DNA from: Octopus vulgaris
Taxonomy: Eukaryota
DNA: 64,000 nt
Reading direction: 5' to 3'
Assembly (NCBI GenBank): GCA_951406725.2
Contig: OX597831.1
Span: 65,720,001-65,784,000, forward strand
Below the pieces are notes generated by a model. It was not told the origin of the DNA. It made no database searches and saw nothing but the letters and a program-made list of their open reading frames with translations. The stretch's first letter is position 1; each line of letters starts with the position of its first letter. The position numbers were made by a program, and so were the translations under genes. This document shows positions 1-13,431 of the stretch, in pieces.

Positions 1-475
1 GAGATTCAAAATATTTGTATTTTAAAGCTAAGGGAAGTAACTCTGAGTGAGTCGTTGCGATAGAATTGAAGTTTCACCGCTAACTGACTCAATGGAGAGG
101 AGTTCCAACTAAATGAAATCTCCAAGCAGTTTCAAGGCACAAGTGTCCGATATCCAAGTGGCTAAAAAATTGTCAGCAGCAGGGCATCCAGGGGTCATGA
201 CCAGGATGCGGCCTGCCTCTCTCCTTAAGGGATAAGGAGTTCAGGGCCGAAACACTCGCTTGAGGAGAGGTTTCTCCTTTGAAGGTCTACTACTACTCAT
301 CTCTCTTGTGAGTTTCTTAGATATATCGAAGTTTAAGCTGCAGATCGATAGATTTCATATTTTATATCGATGATATCAACAGAATTCTTTGTCAATAGAA
401 TCCGAATTTTATACAGTGTCGAAAAATATACTCTCTCCTTTCATATACTTTGACTACAATTCATGTCTTGATTTA

Positions 476-746
476 TCTCTATATATATAAACGGCAGAAT
501 GTCTGCGCGTGTGTCCTTTATACAAAGCCACAATTTTTCAGTTAGAGGGCTTCCACTTTTTATAGTCATTCAAAACCGTCCAAAGGTGGTCGTACACATC
601 TTTACATTTCCCCAGTCACCCCGCAAAGCCATTAAAAATCAATAGAAGTGACTTTTTTTTTGTGAATTTTCTATCCGAAACCCAATCAAAATGTCCGAAA
701 CTTGATACGCCAATTGAATGCCAGCGTTGCCGGGTCATAGTGCTAG
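476..746 (+). mobile_element. Non-autonomous Helitron-like element, copy 1 (internally deleted)
   Basis: A|TC 5' end, CTAG|T 3' end, no TSD; reverse-complement homologue at 52817-53354 carries the full subterminal hairpin. Confidence 0.75.
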
Positions 747-849
747 TTTGATTTAATTTGGCCTTCTTTTATATGCTAAAAGAGTTAGTTACTTATTCGT
801 TAAGTACCATTCCAATATAATTTGATACAAGATTTACATTATTATGACA

Positions 850-1500
850 ATTGGCGCTCAATACAAACTTTTAACAATGACTGACTTGTTATGCTCGTTT
901 TTTTATGGACATGTCGCAAAGATGGCCGCACGTAAATGATGCAACATCTCGCGAACAAATTAGTTGTAGCTTTTATTTTACAACAGAAATAATTCTCATG
1001 CTGGTCGTGAATTAGAAATTGCAACAACGAAATCAACACACTGGGAAGAATAATTTTGTTAATAAGCTGCCAAGACAGGAGAAAACGTACCACGCTGTGT
1101 TCATAACAGCGAACCGTAGTTGCTTTCTACAAGGTTGACTAAATAGCCATCAGAGCGACGTTTTAAAAGCAGCAAATGAATGAATCGTTCCGGTCTCTGC
1201 ACGGATATGTCTGACAAAAGTGCAGACATTACACCAGGTTCGCGAAGCTGGTGCTAAAATCATGTCTGTTTATGACCCTTGTACAGGGGCATTTCAGAAG
1301 GATCTCGAATGATCGATCACGTGATGTCTGTCTGCTGATTGGTCCATAACTCAGCCGCTCATGTGAACAAGCCTCTGCTGCTATGCTGTGCTTTTAACTT
1401 GACAATTTTTTGATTCGGTTTCGAATCTTGCTACAGACATTTCAAATTTAATATCTGAAATAGATGTGTAGCTCAGTTCAGGTTCATGACCGAACGACTA
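850..1500. promoter_or_regulatory. Possible CpG-retaining promoter-like region
   Basis: AAGATGGCCGC (YY1-like, ~919), TCTCGCGA (~947), ATCACGTGAT E-box (~1316), CTGATTGG (CCAAT on -, ~1335), possible minus-strand donor GTACGT near 1090. Confidence 0.25.
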
Positions 1501-2479
1501 GATGAGCTCCACAAATCCATAGCAATAGATAAGACTAAAAATGATAATCATATTAACGTTGCTTACACCTCGAGTCAGCCCTGATTGACCAGACCTAGAA
1601 TGAAAGGCGATCCAACCGTGACTGTCTTGTTTATACACACACACACGAATACAATTCTTCGTTTTTAAAGACGATCGGAAGTGATTTGAACAAGAGTTGG
1701 TGGTTGTTCTTTCTAGCAAGTCAAGCAACCACGTTATGACTCTCATATGCTCGTATTAATATTTATTTCTTTCAAAAGCCGCAATTACACTCAATTTAAT
1801 TGCTGCTTTGTATTCAGCCATCAAAGCAGATCTTCTTTCGAACAGCATTCTGCATAATGCTATCATCTTTTGCTTTATAGGAAACTAATAAATTGATGAT
1901 AATTTGGAATAATGCAAATGATCTGAATTACATTATTTTCACATTTTTAAGCGGCGTCTCTCACTGTGTCTCTCTCTTCCTCCTCTCCTTCTCCCCAACC
2001 TCTCTCTGCAACACGTCAACTCAGATTAATAGCAAAAGTCAAATAGCCATATCAGTTTGTAGTATTTTTCTTATGTTTTAAGTCACGTTATCAGTTGATA
2101 TATTGACGTATAACAAGTTTGGAAATGAGATTTTTAGATTTCTTTCGCATTGTATCATCAGTTCGCAAATTAATAAGGTCAGCATTAGCATCATAATGTC
2201 ATAGCCAGATCATTGTTATTCTAAACTGTATACAAATTATATTTGCATGTCTTTTAGTATCGTCTCTAACATAGGCACAAAGCTACAAATTTATATATAG
2301 AGAGAGCTTAATCGATTATATCGACCAGATCTTTATCGACCCTGGAAAATTGACCTCAGGAGGTTTTGAACCCATAACGTAAAGGGGCAGAACAAATACC
2401 AAAGTCTCTTTCTGCGTTAATGACAGAATGGTTTGAGCGGAAAATTTTTGTTTGTTTGAGTCATCACATATATTTTCTA

Positions 2480-2900
2480 TGTTAGTTTCATCGTATTGTG
2501 GTGGTTGTTTGTAGTGATGTTGTAATCTAGAGAGGGGTTTGCATGGATTGATATGTCAAGGATCAGCCCTTCTGGAATTTTTAAGGGTGGGTTGCATCCC
2601 CTGGGATTTTGTCCAGCTTCTAAATTCTGGGGATTTGACAATGTTAGTACGAACAGTAAAAGTTGTTGGTGAGTGTAATTCCTAAAACATTTAGGGCTAG
2701 GCCCTGGTTGTTTTAGGCCTATATTAGTGATTTTGTTTGGCCCAAAGGCTTTTAAGTTCTTATATTTCCCTGGTACATTCTAAGTACCGGTTGAGAGGAA
2801 AGAGTCTAAGTGGTGTATTCCCATTTTGTGTTTGTCTTTTTTTTTTCTATGATTTTTGAAAAATGACAAAATTGTTTTCCCTGATAGTAGATTAGTTTAG
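2480..2900 (-). pseudogene. Decayed LINE ORF2 RT fragment (I/Jockey-like)
   Basis: Minus-strand frames read KAFGPNKITNIGLKQPGP, CQIPRI*K and KIPEGLIL, resembling KAPGPDxI/IPxxWK/KILERLIL; similar strand-biased sequence continues to ~5450. Confidence 0.5.
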
Positions 2901-3374
2901 TTTATTTTAATTGAGGTGAGATGTAATGCAGCTAATTACTTGATGTAGTACTGCGAGGTTTGTGGTTGATGTTAGAGATAAATGCGATAAATATGCTGCT
3001 CTTAAACGCGGTTCGGTAGGATGGATAATAGACTTCAGGTCACCAAATGTAACAGGTATAGGTTACTGATAGATGTAACGGATGCAGTGGTTATTAGTAT
3101 TGATAGCAGGTTAGTTAAAACTCCACGGAACAGTGTGATATGCAGCACCAAATCGATGAACAGAAGGAAAAAGGAAATTCTTACAGATTCTATTTATCCG
3201 TTACAGTTCGTCGTTAGGAAGAGTACATAAAGTTGTAGCAGTCGCTGTTTTACAAGTGGTAAGAGAATATTAATAACGACAAGGCTAGCATACTTTTGGT
3301 AATATCTATATCAGATGTAAATGCTAGAAAGAGGTAGACATGTTCATTCGCCGAAGTACCAGACAAAAGAGAGC

Positions 3375-3751
<377 letters not shown>

Positions 3752-3903
3752 AACTCTGCCAAATGCTGCATAGAAAGAGAAAGAATTCTGAAGATAAATG
3801 CGTTTATCTATCTTGAACTGAATTTTACCCAAGATGTTCAGTTAAAGAAAAGGCTGATCTACGATGACAGTCAACTCTCATAAATTTCCAAATATGGAAT
3901 ATA

Positions 3904-4310
3904 GGCGCAGGAGTGGCTGTGTGGTAAGTAGCTTGTTTACCAACCACATAGTTCTGGGTTCAGTCCCACTGCGTGGCACTTTGGGCAAGTGTCTTCTACT
4001 ATAGCCTCGGGCCGACCAAAGCCTTGTGAGTGGATTTGGTAGGCGGAAACTGAAAGAAGCCTGTCGTATATATGTATATATATGTGTGTTTGTGTGTGTG
4101 TGTTTTTCCTCCCAACATCGCTTGACAACCGATGCTGGTGTGTTCATGTCCCCGTAACTTAGCGGTTCGGCAAAAGAGACCGATAGAATAAGTACTAGAC
4201 TTACAAAGAATAGATCCTGGGGTCGATTTGCTCGACTAAAGGCGGTGCCCCAGCATGGCCACAGTCAAATGACTGAAACAAGTAAAAGTGTAAAAGAGAG
4301 TAAAAGAGTA
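3904..4310 (+). mobile_element. tRNA-derived SINE family A (internal AT/GT microsatellite, GTAAAAGA tail)
   Basis: tRNA-like head GGCGCAGGAGTGGCTGTGTGG...GGGTTCAGTCCC; 3' GGCGGTGCCCCAGCATGGCC; about 10 copies or fragments in the window. Confidence 0.9.
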
Positions 4311-4864
4311 TGATACCAAAGACAATGGAAAAAAGCTTACAGAAAAATCTAGACTACGGTTTCGGTTCCTGGCTAAGAATCTAAAGAAACGAACCGTTTC
4401 AAATGTTAGCCAGTTTTCTGTTTATATTCTTTTGCTATTTATATACGTATTTAGTCGATCGATACCGAGTTATACTTCGGTTGTTGCATGACGTTGATAG
4501 CATGTTTGTTTGAATTTCTCTCTGAAGACACTGGCTATTTCTGGTGCTTAATTGGGGTTATATTTTCTATGTTACCTTGTGGGACAAGTTTTCAGATATG
4601 TTTGTAATTGTTATGTTGAATGCATATACGACATTGTTTATGATGGTGAATTCTGAAAACCTAGATTCTGTGGCTTTGTTGAACTCGTCCAGTTGTGTCG
4701 TATAGAGGATCAATAATCGCAGGGGATGGTGTCTGAAGGTTTAGAGTGTATTTTCGGTAAGAGAGATTCTCGTTGACAGTGAGAAACCCAGCAATTGGAG
4801 CGATTTTGAAGATTCTCGTCGTGATTAGAGTATAGTTAGTGATGTAAAGTGTTTTCTCGTTATA

Positions 4865-5086
4865 TATTTCTTTATTGCCCACAAGGGGCTAAACATAGAG
4901 AGGACAAACAAAGGGATTAAGTCGATTACATCGACCCCAGTGCGAAACAGGTACTTTTATTTATCGACCCCGAAAGGATGAAAGGCAAAGTCGACCTCGG
5001 CGGAATTTGAACTCAGAACGTAACGGCAGGCGAAATACGGCTACGCATTTCGCCCGGTGTGCTAACGATTCTACCATCTCGCCGCC
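4865..5086 (-). mobile_element. SINE family B (CORE-like)
   Basis: GAGTTCAAATTCC B-box, GCCTTTCATCCTTTCGGGGTCGATAAA central block, CCCCTTGTGGG..AATAAAGAAATA tail; multiple copies. Confidence 0.9.
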
Positions 5087-5460
5087 CTGGTCAGTCATTT
5101 ATAGACTAGAATTTCCGGACGCTTCAGTGTGAACATTGACTAATAGCGACGGATCTTCGAGGTCATACATAGACAGAATTATTTGGCGTCTAGAATAAGA
5201 CTTAGCCAGTTGTCCACAATTTCACTACGTTTGCTGCGGTGATCACAAATGTGACCTGTAGACTTGCCTTAGATATAGTACGTAGACAGTGGGCCGGATA
5301 TTGTAAATTTAACAAGTTACTAGTGGACTGTGAAGATTACGGGAGTCGGATTAAGCAATTAGTAATGAGGGTATTAACCGGTACCATTATTAATAACAAA
5401 TGACATTACTGATGTTGAGGATAACAACATTGCTTTCACTAAATCTATCCAAGGCAAGTG

Positions 5461-5889
5461 GGATCTTTTCGATTTGAACGGCAGTTTTTTCTAGTGGTGT
5501 CATATGAAATTGTCACCCATAATTATGACCCTAGTATCGATCTATTGCATTTCAATCTATTTTAGGGTGAGGGTTAGAGTTAGGGTTAGGGGTGGGGGGA
5601 AGGGTATCTTTTTTTCTTCACAAATGTAAATAAACCCAATCTGTTTCTTAAACGAGGGACATATTCATACGGCACGGAATGTTTTCACCTCAATAGACGT
5701 CATTGATTGGTTGAAATTGCAGAAATTGAAGAAAAAAAACAACAAATATCTTACAAACAATAGAATTTTCTCAATAAAGCCAAGAGAAAAAGATGTTTTA
5801 TAAACACATTCTACCAGTATACGAAGTTTAAAAGTGTTTAGTTACGTGGAAATTATTTTAAAAATCTGCCGTTCAGACCGAAAAGATCC
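5461..5889 (+). mobile_element. MITE with ~28-bp TIRs, 8-bp TSD and internal TTAGGG repeats (copy 1)
   Basis: TIR GGATCTTTTCG.TTTGAACGGCAG; TSD GGCAAGTG on both sides. Confidence 0.92.
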
Positions 5890-6419
5890 GGCAAGTGTCT
5901 ATTAGTGGGTTCTAGAGGAGAGCAGTTCACTAGTAGATCTGGCTTCACAGAAACTGTACTCGTGGTCACTAAAGAGAGAGAGAGAGTGAGAGGGAGGGAG
6001 AGATAGAGAGAGAGAGAGAGAGAGAGGAGGAGAAGTCAAAGTGTTGTTGGAGGATGTTAACTGTTTCCACTACTTTAAAGATTTCAGTGCAATGGGGCAT
6101 TAATTGATAGGATCAGAGAGATTGCCTTTCTTGGATATGAGACACACGAGCCTTAGATAACTAATATCTGAGGAAGAATTGGTTGCAAATCCTTACAGAT
6201 CAATCGATCGAAAGGCACTTCCTCTAACATTTGAAAAAGCAGGATTAGTATATGTAGTGAATACAACCGACTATATGTAGTGAATATGAGTTAGTATAGA
6301 GGGTCGACAAGGATGACTGTGTGATGAATACGTAGTATTCATAAACAATTAGTTTCAGTGGATATGAGTGAATAATACGGAGCACGTTTACGTGATTAAT
6401 AGAAGCAAAGAGAATATTC

Positions 6420-6863
6420 GGATTTTTTCAGTTTGAACGGCAGTTTTTTCTAGCGGTGTCATGTGAAATTGTCACCCATAATTATGACCCTAGTATCGAT
6501 CTATTGCATTTCAATGTTTTAGGGTTAGGGTTAGTTAGGGTTAAGGTTAGGGTTAGGGTTAGGGGTGGGGGAAAGGTATCTTTTTTCGTCAGAAATGTAA
6601 ATAAACCCAATCTGTTTCTTAAACGAGGGACATATTCATACGGCACAGAATGTTTTTTTTACCTCAATAGACATCATTGATTGGTTGAAACTGCAGAAAT
6701 TGAAGAAAAACAACAACAAATATCTTAGAAACTATAGAATTTTCTCAATAAAGCCAAGAGAAAAAGAGGTTTCATAAACACATTCTACTAGTATACGAAG
6801 TTTAAAAGTGTTTAGTTACGTGGAAATTATTTTAAAAAACTGCCGTTCAAACCGAAAAGATCC
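6420..6863 (+). mobile_element. Same MITE (copy 2)
   Basis: Same TIRs; TSD GAATATTC. Confidence 0.92.
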
Positions 6864-7041
6864 GAATATTCTCACTTCTCTGTTAAAATATGATTTCGAT
6901 TTGCTATATTTTAGAACTCAGATACCTAATCTCGATGTCATCACATATATACACATATTCTCGTCCCCAGAACGACCATGTTTATCTCAGTTGGCCATTG
7001 TTGTTTGTAAACTATACTGTCACATGACCTGGGCCTGGGGT

Positions 7042-7375
7042 CCCCTTCGGTCATGACACTGACCATGGGCTTGCACCTAGAAAGTTACCCTCCTAGTCAC
7101 AAGTCTGGGCAAGGTGGTTTATGGAAGACCAGCAGTCGCGCATGCATACCAGCCTCCCCTCTCCACGCCACCAGTGTTATCCAAGGGAAAGGCAAAGGGG
7201 CCGATACAGCTAGGTACCTGTGAGGTCGCAACTCTTTTCTACAGCTGAGTGAACTGGAGCAACGTGAAATAAAGTGTCTTGCTCAAGAACACAACACGCA
7301 GTCCGGTCCGGGATTCGAGATCACAACCTCACGATCGTAAGCTCGATGCTCTAACCACTGAGCCATGCGTCTTCA
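7042..7375 (-). mobile_element. tRNA-derived SINE family D
   Basis: Head TGAAGACGCATGGCTCAGTGGTTAGAGC on minus strand; related pieces at 24143-24390, 34990-35270 and 59275-59567. Confidence 0.8.
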
Positions 7376-8225
7376 TGTGACCAGTGCTAGTATAACGACA
7401 TGGTTTCGATGTACTGATACCGATATTTGTACAGATTATTTATACTAAGATCTGCTTAGTTTACTGTTCGTTCATGATTTATTGTCGGTTATGAGCAATT
7501 ATTCTAGAATAATTCCTTTCTCTTGTCACGTAATTTCATACATCTTCTGCTGTTATTATTTCAGCCACAATAATTTCAATGGAACGCTGAGCTGTCACTA
7601 ATGAAATGAATATAGAAAAATACACTTCTTTATACGAGAACTTCAGTATGAGGTTTACTTAATAAGCGTTTTGTCACGTAATCAAGAACATTCATAATTT
7701 TCGATGTGATTTTAACAATTGTTACAGATTCACTATAAGCTGCCCATATTTCATTGACTTTTTACGTGATATTCTAATCAAATAAACATTTGATCTCGAC
7801 AACAATGCATATTTTTGTTTTCTCTCTCACAGAATACTAACTGGTCTATTGAATTTGAATATATCAATTTTAATGAAAGCCTCCTGAACTTTTAAATGTA
7901 ATTTCGTTCCAATATCCCCGTGAGTTAGAGGTATGCATTTAGAAGTATGGTTGTATGGTTAACTACGTTTTATACTTTATCTAATGAATACTTCTCATTG
8001 TTAATTATCTGAAATCTTTCTATAAAGAAGAGGCTGATTTCTAACAAAGACACACAGTTCCATCCCGAAATACAACAAAATTTGTTTTTGTTGTATTTCG
8101 GGATGGTCATTTTATTTATTATTTCATATTTTTGCCAAATAAACACACGCACTATATATATATATATATATATATATTCTTCACTCGTTTATTTCTGTCA
8201 TTTTATTATCTTAACGCCTGTCCAT

Positions 8226-8270
8226 TGTCTGGAAACCTTTCGTCACGCATTTGTGACCTCTTCAGCGACA
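8226..8270 (-). ncRNA. Hammerhead ribozyme motif (minimal, bulged stem I)
   Basis: tgtcg-CTGAAGA-g-gtcac(aaatgc)gtgac-GAAA-ggtt-TC-cagaca. Confidence 0.6.
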
Positions 8271-8704
8271 CTTTTCGTTTCCGTGTGTGTTCTTACTCCA
8301 CTTACTCCATTCTGTTCTTCTAAGATGTGTATCGTTATGTGCGCATGCATTTGTGTCCTTGTGTGTGTGTGCGCGCGTGCGTGTGTTTGTTTGTGTTTGT
8401 GTGTGTTTGTGTGTGTGGTGTGTGTGTGTATATGTTAGTTTTTAGCAGCAGTGTAGCCCTCCCCTCAGCTACAACCTCTCACCCCATTGTGCTGCTGCTA
8501 TCCTAAGACCCGAGAAAAAGAAAAACGGGTACGAATTCATATTTTGAACTTGAGAAAAGTCCTGCATATTTTTATTGTAATGTGCGTATTAAGTTGGTTT
8601 ATTTCTTTTTCTGAAAACCCAGCTTATCTCACAAAAGTGTGCCGATCAATATTAGTATGCGAATTTATAATATAATCTGGACAAAGAAGCTGGAAGTTTC
8701 AAAA

Positions 8705-8917
8705 CAGTTGGCTAAGCGAGGAGGCCAACAGAAGAAAGAGTGAGAGAAAGTTGCGGCGAAAGAGTAGAGCAGGGATCGCCACCATCCCCTGCCGGAGCCT
8801 CGTGGATCTATAGGTGTTTTCGCTCAATAAACACTCACATCGCCCGGTCTGGGAATCGAAACCGCGAACCTACGACCGCGAGTCCGCTGCCCTAACCACT
8901 GGGCCACTGCGCCTCCA
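8705..8917 (-). mobile_element. tRNA-derived SINE family C
   Basis: Head TGGAGGCGCAGTGGCCCAGTGGTTAGGGCAGCGG...GGTTTCGATTCCC; 7 copies in the window. Confidence 0.85.
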
Positions 8918-9734
8918 CGTATGAATAATATATTAAGGTAAATTTAATGTCATTCTTAACTGACGTTGAGACAGATGTGGAGTGATTCACATGCAGGCAA
9001 CGTATAAGTTTTACAGTTGCCACTTGTTATTTTAGTCAGAAATGTTACCCAATCAGTGACTTTATTCAAGGAGAAACAAATGGTTTGTTGAATAGTTTTT
9101 TCTTTTTAATGTTTACAATATTAACCGGTAAAAATTATTTTTGTTCACTTCGCGCATTCACTCGACACCAGACACGTCTATTTGTCTGCTGATATCCTGT
9201 CTGGCAACAACCTTGCATAAACTGTTTATTATCTCATTTCATTCTCTTCTTAGTAGCAGCGCCTGAATATTTTCTACCTGTTTAAACATTTTCCGACTGG
9301 TGGCCATTTATTTGCTTGCACGCATTTAACTCCACGATACAAATTATTCCAGTGATACGAAAATATGAAAATATCTTTATGCACTTTCCATAACATTTCT
9401 ACTGCATAAATTATCTATTTGATTTATCGATTCATATTTTAACATTGCCTTGGCTGTTATAAAGTAAGATCTGAAATTTTCCTTACCTGAATTCTGACCT
9501 AATTTAGTTGGCAATTAACAAACCTCGTGCAAAGGGCCTCCCCCTATTGGGAGTTTTAATTATTACTTATATTTCGTTGTTATCCTGCTTTTGTACACGG
9601 ACCTTTTCAAACGGACAAAACCCTTTGTAACTTTCGTCCTGTGTTTTGTTCCTTTATGTTTTAATTGATTTTTGTTAACCCTTGTGGCCAATAAACGAAC
9701 GAATTATTATCATTATTATTATTATTATTATTAT

Positions 9735-10143
9735 TGAGTGAGAAAGCAATGCATGCCATCAAAGTGACACTGGAGCACAAGTATACGAAGCCCACTATAC
9801 CCATCATGACTACCCGTTTGATAAGTGTACACCAGGTACATGCAACACAACCATATGTATCTCAACCATATGTACGCGACATGATGACCTTATATCAAGA
9901 TAAACAGCGCATGACCTTGCAGGTGGGGCCTAGTTAGAACTTTCTTCAGATTGGGTAGCCCATCCCGCTCAAAAGGTTCCTGAGTTGTTTAAGGATGATG
10001 AACAAAACACCCAGAGGTGAATTATTGAAGCCCCAAAGAATTCCTCTCAACACATGGTTATAATGCTCCCCCACTACTCCTGCCCGTGATCAGAGATGTA
10101 CATATTGTCAGCCACTGAGGGACATGCTCAACTGGTTAAGGTT
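9735..10143. repeat. Unclassified interspersed-repeat-like segment bounded by (ATT)n
   Basis: GC-richer block between TTA runs; no recognisable ORF. Confidence 0.35.
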
Positions 10144-10454
10144 ATTATATATTATTATCTAAGGGTATACACAAATATATCACATTTGGAATCAATGTCT
10201 TTGATGCCGAGTCACCACTAGTTTCTTGAACAATCCTTTCTGTTCCTAATAGAATCAATGCAACTCTCGTACTTACTCTGATCTCATTAAGAAACCTGCC
10301 AAGTCTATTGGTAAAGCAAAAATAGGGATCCTATAGCTGCCAGGACTGCGTTTGCAGAAACCTTTCTCAGGATGATAATATCTGGTCATCTTGCTTAAAT
10401 CTCATGGTCAGTCTGCACGGTAAAGTCCCATAAGACTTTAAATTAATCATTTTC

Positions 10455-10680
10455 CTATTTCTTTACTACCCACAAGGGGCTAAACACAGAGAGGACAAAC
10501 AAGGACAGACAAACGGATTAAGTCGATTATATCGACCCCAGTGCGTAACTGGTACTTAATTTATCGACCCCGAAAGGATGAAAGGCAAAGTCGACCTCGG
10601 CGGAATTTGAACTCAGAACGTAACGGTAGACGAATTACCGCAAAACATTTCGCCCGGCGTGCTAACGTTTCTGCCAGCTC
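10455..10680 (-). mobile_element. SINE family B
   Basis: High similarity to 4865-5086. Confidence 0.9.
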
Positions 10681-10779
10681 ATTTTCCGTCACACTCTACG
10701 GTTGGAGTTGGTTCCTACCGTTTTCCGTTTACTTCAAAACCCCTTTAACGTATTATGCCCTAATGTAATGCTTTGGCCG

Positions 10780-11200
10780 CACAAACGTGTCTGCGTTTAT
10801 GTTTTTTTCTAAGCTAAAGGACTAAAAATACTTGTGTGCTCATGTTACTCCTCTTTCTCGTTACACATTCTGCACTTAACATTTTCCACGGATCTATTTT
10901 TGCTTTAATGACATTCGTACATAATGACTGGTTTTGAACAACCATAATGAGTCATTCCGCATTTTTTTTTCCGTATTATTACTGAGTTCTGCATTCTTCA
11001 ACCGTAACTAAGATTCGTCTACTGCAATATCCTGCGTTTGTCTGTGATGCTGACAGTGAAGCTTCTTTCCTCAGATGCTTTTCTAGCTCTTTTCTTTTTT
11101 TTTTCTTATATTCCTCCGCGGTATCCACAACTTTTTTTCTCCTCTCTTCTGACAGTTTTTCTGCGTTCTTTTCCACATACTCTCTTCTAAATCACGTCCT
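10780..11200 (-). pseudogene. Dong/R4-type retrotransposon fragment
   Basis: LIMVVQNQSLCTNVIKAKID..KCRMCNEK resembles the AAQDQAL.T/CRxC zinc-knuckle region. Confidence 0.55.
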
Positions 11201-11265
11201 GCATCTCCGCGCAATTGTCTATCGATAACAGTCTTCTCTCCTCTCCCTCCCGCCTTCTGTGGTAG

Positions 11266-11676
11266 GGATCTTTTCGGTTTGAACGGCAGTTTTTAACATA
11301 ATTTCTAGGTAACTAAAAAATTTTAAACTTCGTATACTGGTAGAATGTGTTTATAAAACATCTTTTTCTCTTGGCTTTATTGAGAAAATTCTATAGTTTG
11401 TAAGATATTTGTTGTTGTTTTTTCTTCAATTTCTGTAATTTCAACCATTTGACGTCTATTGAGGCAAAAAAACATTCTATGCCGTATGAATATGTCCCTC
11501 GTTTAAGAAACAGATTGGGTTTATTTACATTTGTGAAGAAAAAAAGATACCCTTTCTCCTAACCCTAACCCTAAAACAGATTGAAATGCAATAGATCGAT
11601 ACTAGGGTCATAATTATGGGTGACAATTTCATATGACATCGCTAGAAAAAAACTGTCGTTCAAACCGAAAAGATCC
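11266..11676 (-). mobile_element. TTAGGG-containing MITE (copy 3)
   Basis: Same TIRs; TSD TGTGGTAG/TGTGATAG. Confidence 0.92.
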
Positions 11677-11779
11677 TGTGATAGATATAATCCATCAACA
11701 CTGTCTCTAGGATGTAATGACATGTACATGGTCAGTGTCTTATTATATTTAACACACTCACTTTACTACCTGAGGTGTC

Positions 11780-12890
11780 ATTAACATACCAGGTGTTCAC
11801 TTCCTGTAAACTAAGGTGGTATGTTCTTTTCAAGCCTCGGGATCTTTACAGAGACTCCTTACACTGCCGAATAATGCTGTTTTCTGGCCTTACACTGTTT
11901 TCATTTCTATGCTTATCTTTTCCGAACACTTTTCAATTTCTTTGTTCATTGAACCCAGGACACCAACAATTATCAACACAATATACGCATTTTCCATTGA
12001 TCTTAACTTCTCTCCGAATTGCTTAATTTTTCGTCAGTTTTTATATTTGTTTTTCTCCCTTGTCTTCCAGCACAATATTGAGTTTCCATTGTTCGATTTC
12101 ATCATTACACTGGATCATAGTGTCCCAAAATATCTTTGCTTTGTCAGTTTCCATCACATCCTTTGCTTCATGTTATTACCATTTTCTCGCCTTTCCCAAT
12201 CCAAACTTGTCCCCAGTGAATCCTTCTGATCCCATTGTCATACAGTCTCTTGTATTTACTCCGGTCCATTTTGTTGCATTCACTTAAAATGTGTCATACT
12301 GTATCCCCATTTTCACTACACACTCTTCATTTGCCACATTCAGCGGAATGGTAAATTCTGTACTTGATGTAGTTTGTTCTCAAAGCTTGCTTCTGTGTTA
12401 TGCTATAAAGATCTGTGTTACAGGTTTCAGTTCGCTTTTTTTGTAAACACATCAGCCTTTTATCTGGTTCATTGTTCCATGTTGTTTGTTGTTTGATCCC
12501 TTTCGATCCATGCCTGGCTCATAAGGGCCGGCTTCCCGGTTTCTTTGACGTATAGGTTCCCTACCTGGACGGGACGCCGGTCCGTCGCAAGTGAGCTGCA
12601 AGATGCAGGAGGAAAGAGTGAGAGAAAGCCATTACCTTCTGCCGGAGCTGCGTGGAACTTAGCCGTTTCGCTCATAAACACACACAACGTCCGGTCTGAG
12701 ATTCGAACCCGCGATCTCCCCGACCGCGAGTCCGCTGCTCTAACCACTAGGCCATGTGCCTCCACCATTGTTCTTTGATATCTCTCTCAAAAACTGATTG
12801 TGCATATTATCTTCCAGCCGTTTTTCTTCTTCGTTTCTGTATTTATTTTGTATTCCCCCTTATTCTGGTTACTTTCTGTTGTGATAAACC
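11780..12890 (-). pseudogene. Dong/R4-type retrotransposon C-terminus (zinc knuckle plus restriction-like endonuclease), split by a SINE
   Basis: QALRTNYIKYRI..RVCSENGDTV*HILSEC; AKIFWDTMIQCNDEIE; IIVGVLG. Confidence 0.75.
12480..12764 (-). mobile_element. SINE family C inserted in the Dong/R4 relic
   Basis: Family C head; flanking CATTGTTC duplication. Confidence 0.85.
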
Positions 12891-12899
12891 TGTCTTTAA

Positions 12900-13045
12900 G
12901 ATGGTGAGCAGGCAGAGTCGGTAGCGCATCGGACAATTAGCTTATTGCCTTTTTCTTCAGCTTTTTGCGTTCTGGGTTCAAATCCCGTCCAAGTTTAACT
13001 TTGCCTTTCATCCTTTCGGAGAACGATAAAATAAAGTACTAGTCA
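12900..13045 (+). mobile_element. SINE family B, diverged and partial
   Basis: GGGTTCAAATCCC and TTTGCCTTTCATCCTTTCGG. Confidence 0.7.
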
Positions 13046-13290
13046 ATACATATAATTCGCATTAATTATTTATTAAATTCATGTATCTCTAACTTCTTAA
13101 CCTCACCTCCTTCATCGTACCTTCGGAACAGCTGTCACGATTAAAATTAATTACTTTTTTTTTCGATGTTTTTTCCTTCTTCTTATAACATTCTGAAACA
13201 TTTATAATTCGTATTAAAAATACGAAAAAAGCTTCAAAAATTTCCTTTTCCCTTCATCGTTCCTTTCTGGAGTTTGTCGAATACATGATA

Positions 13291-13431
13291 TAAGGTTGTC
13301 CCAAAAGTTCGTAGAAAGTCTTGGAAAATAATGGTCTTTATTTTGAGGAATAATTTTTGTTATTTTTGTTAGTACTTGGCGAGTAAAAATTCAATTTTCG
13401 CAAGTGTTTACGAACTTTTGGGACAACCTAA
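13291..13431. mobile_element. Tc1/mariner-type MITE
   Basis: TIR T(A/T)AGGTTGTCCCAAAAGTTCGTA at both ends; TA flanks. Confidence 0.75.

Noticed and set aside
198-265. Hairpin ggcc..ggcc followed by GAAAC
   Set aside because: Hammerhead-like stem II and GAAA, but no CTGANGA and no convincing stem I.
4348-4405. Minus-strand TTGAAAC-ggttc..gaacc-GAAAC
   Set aside because: Stems I and III cannot be formed; at best a decayed motif.
5560-5600. TTAGGG repeats as a telomere
   Set aside because: Internal to a MITE, short and degenerate.
6164-6226. CTGAGGA..GAAA motif
   Set aside because: No stem I complementarity.
8928-9100. Weak similarity to 17352-17470
   Set aside because: Only short AT-rich matches; no element can be defined.
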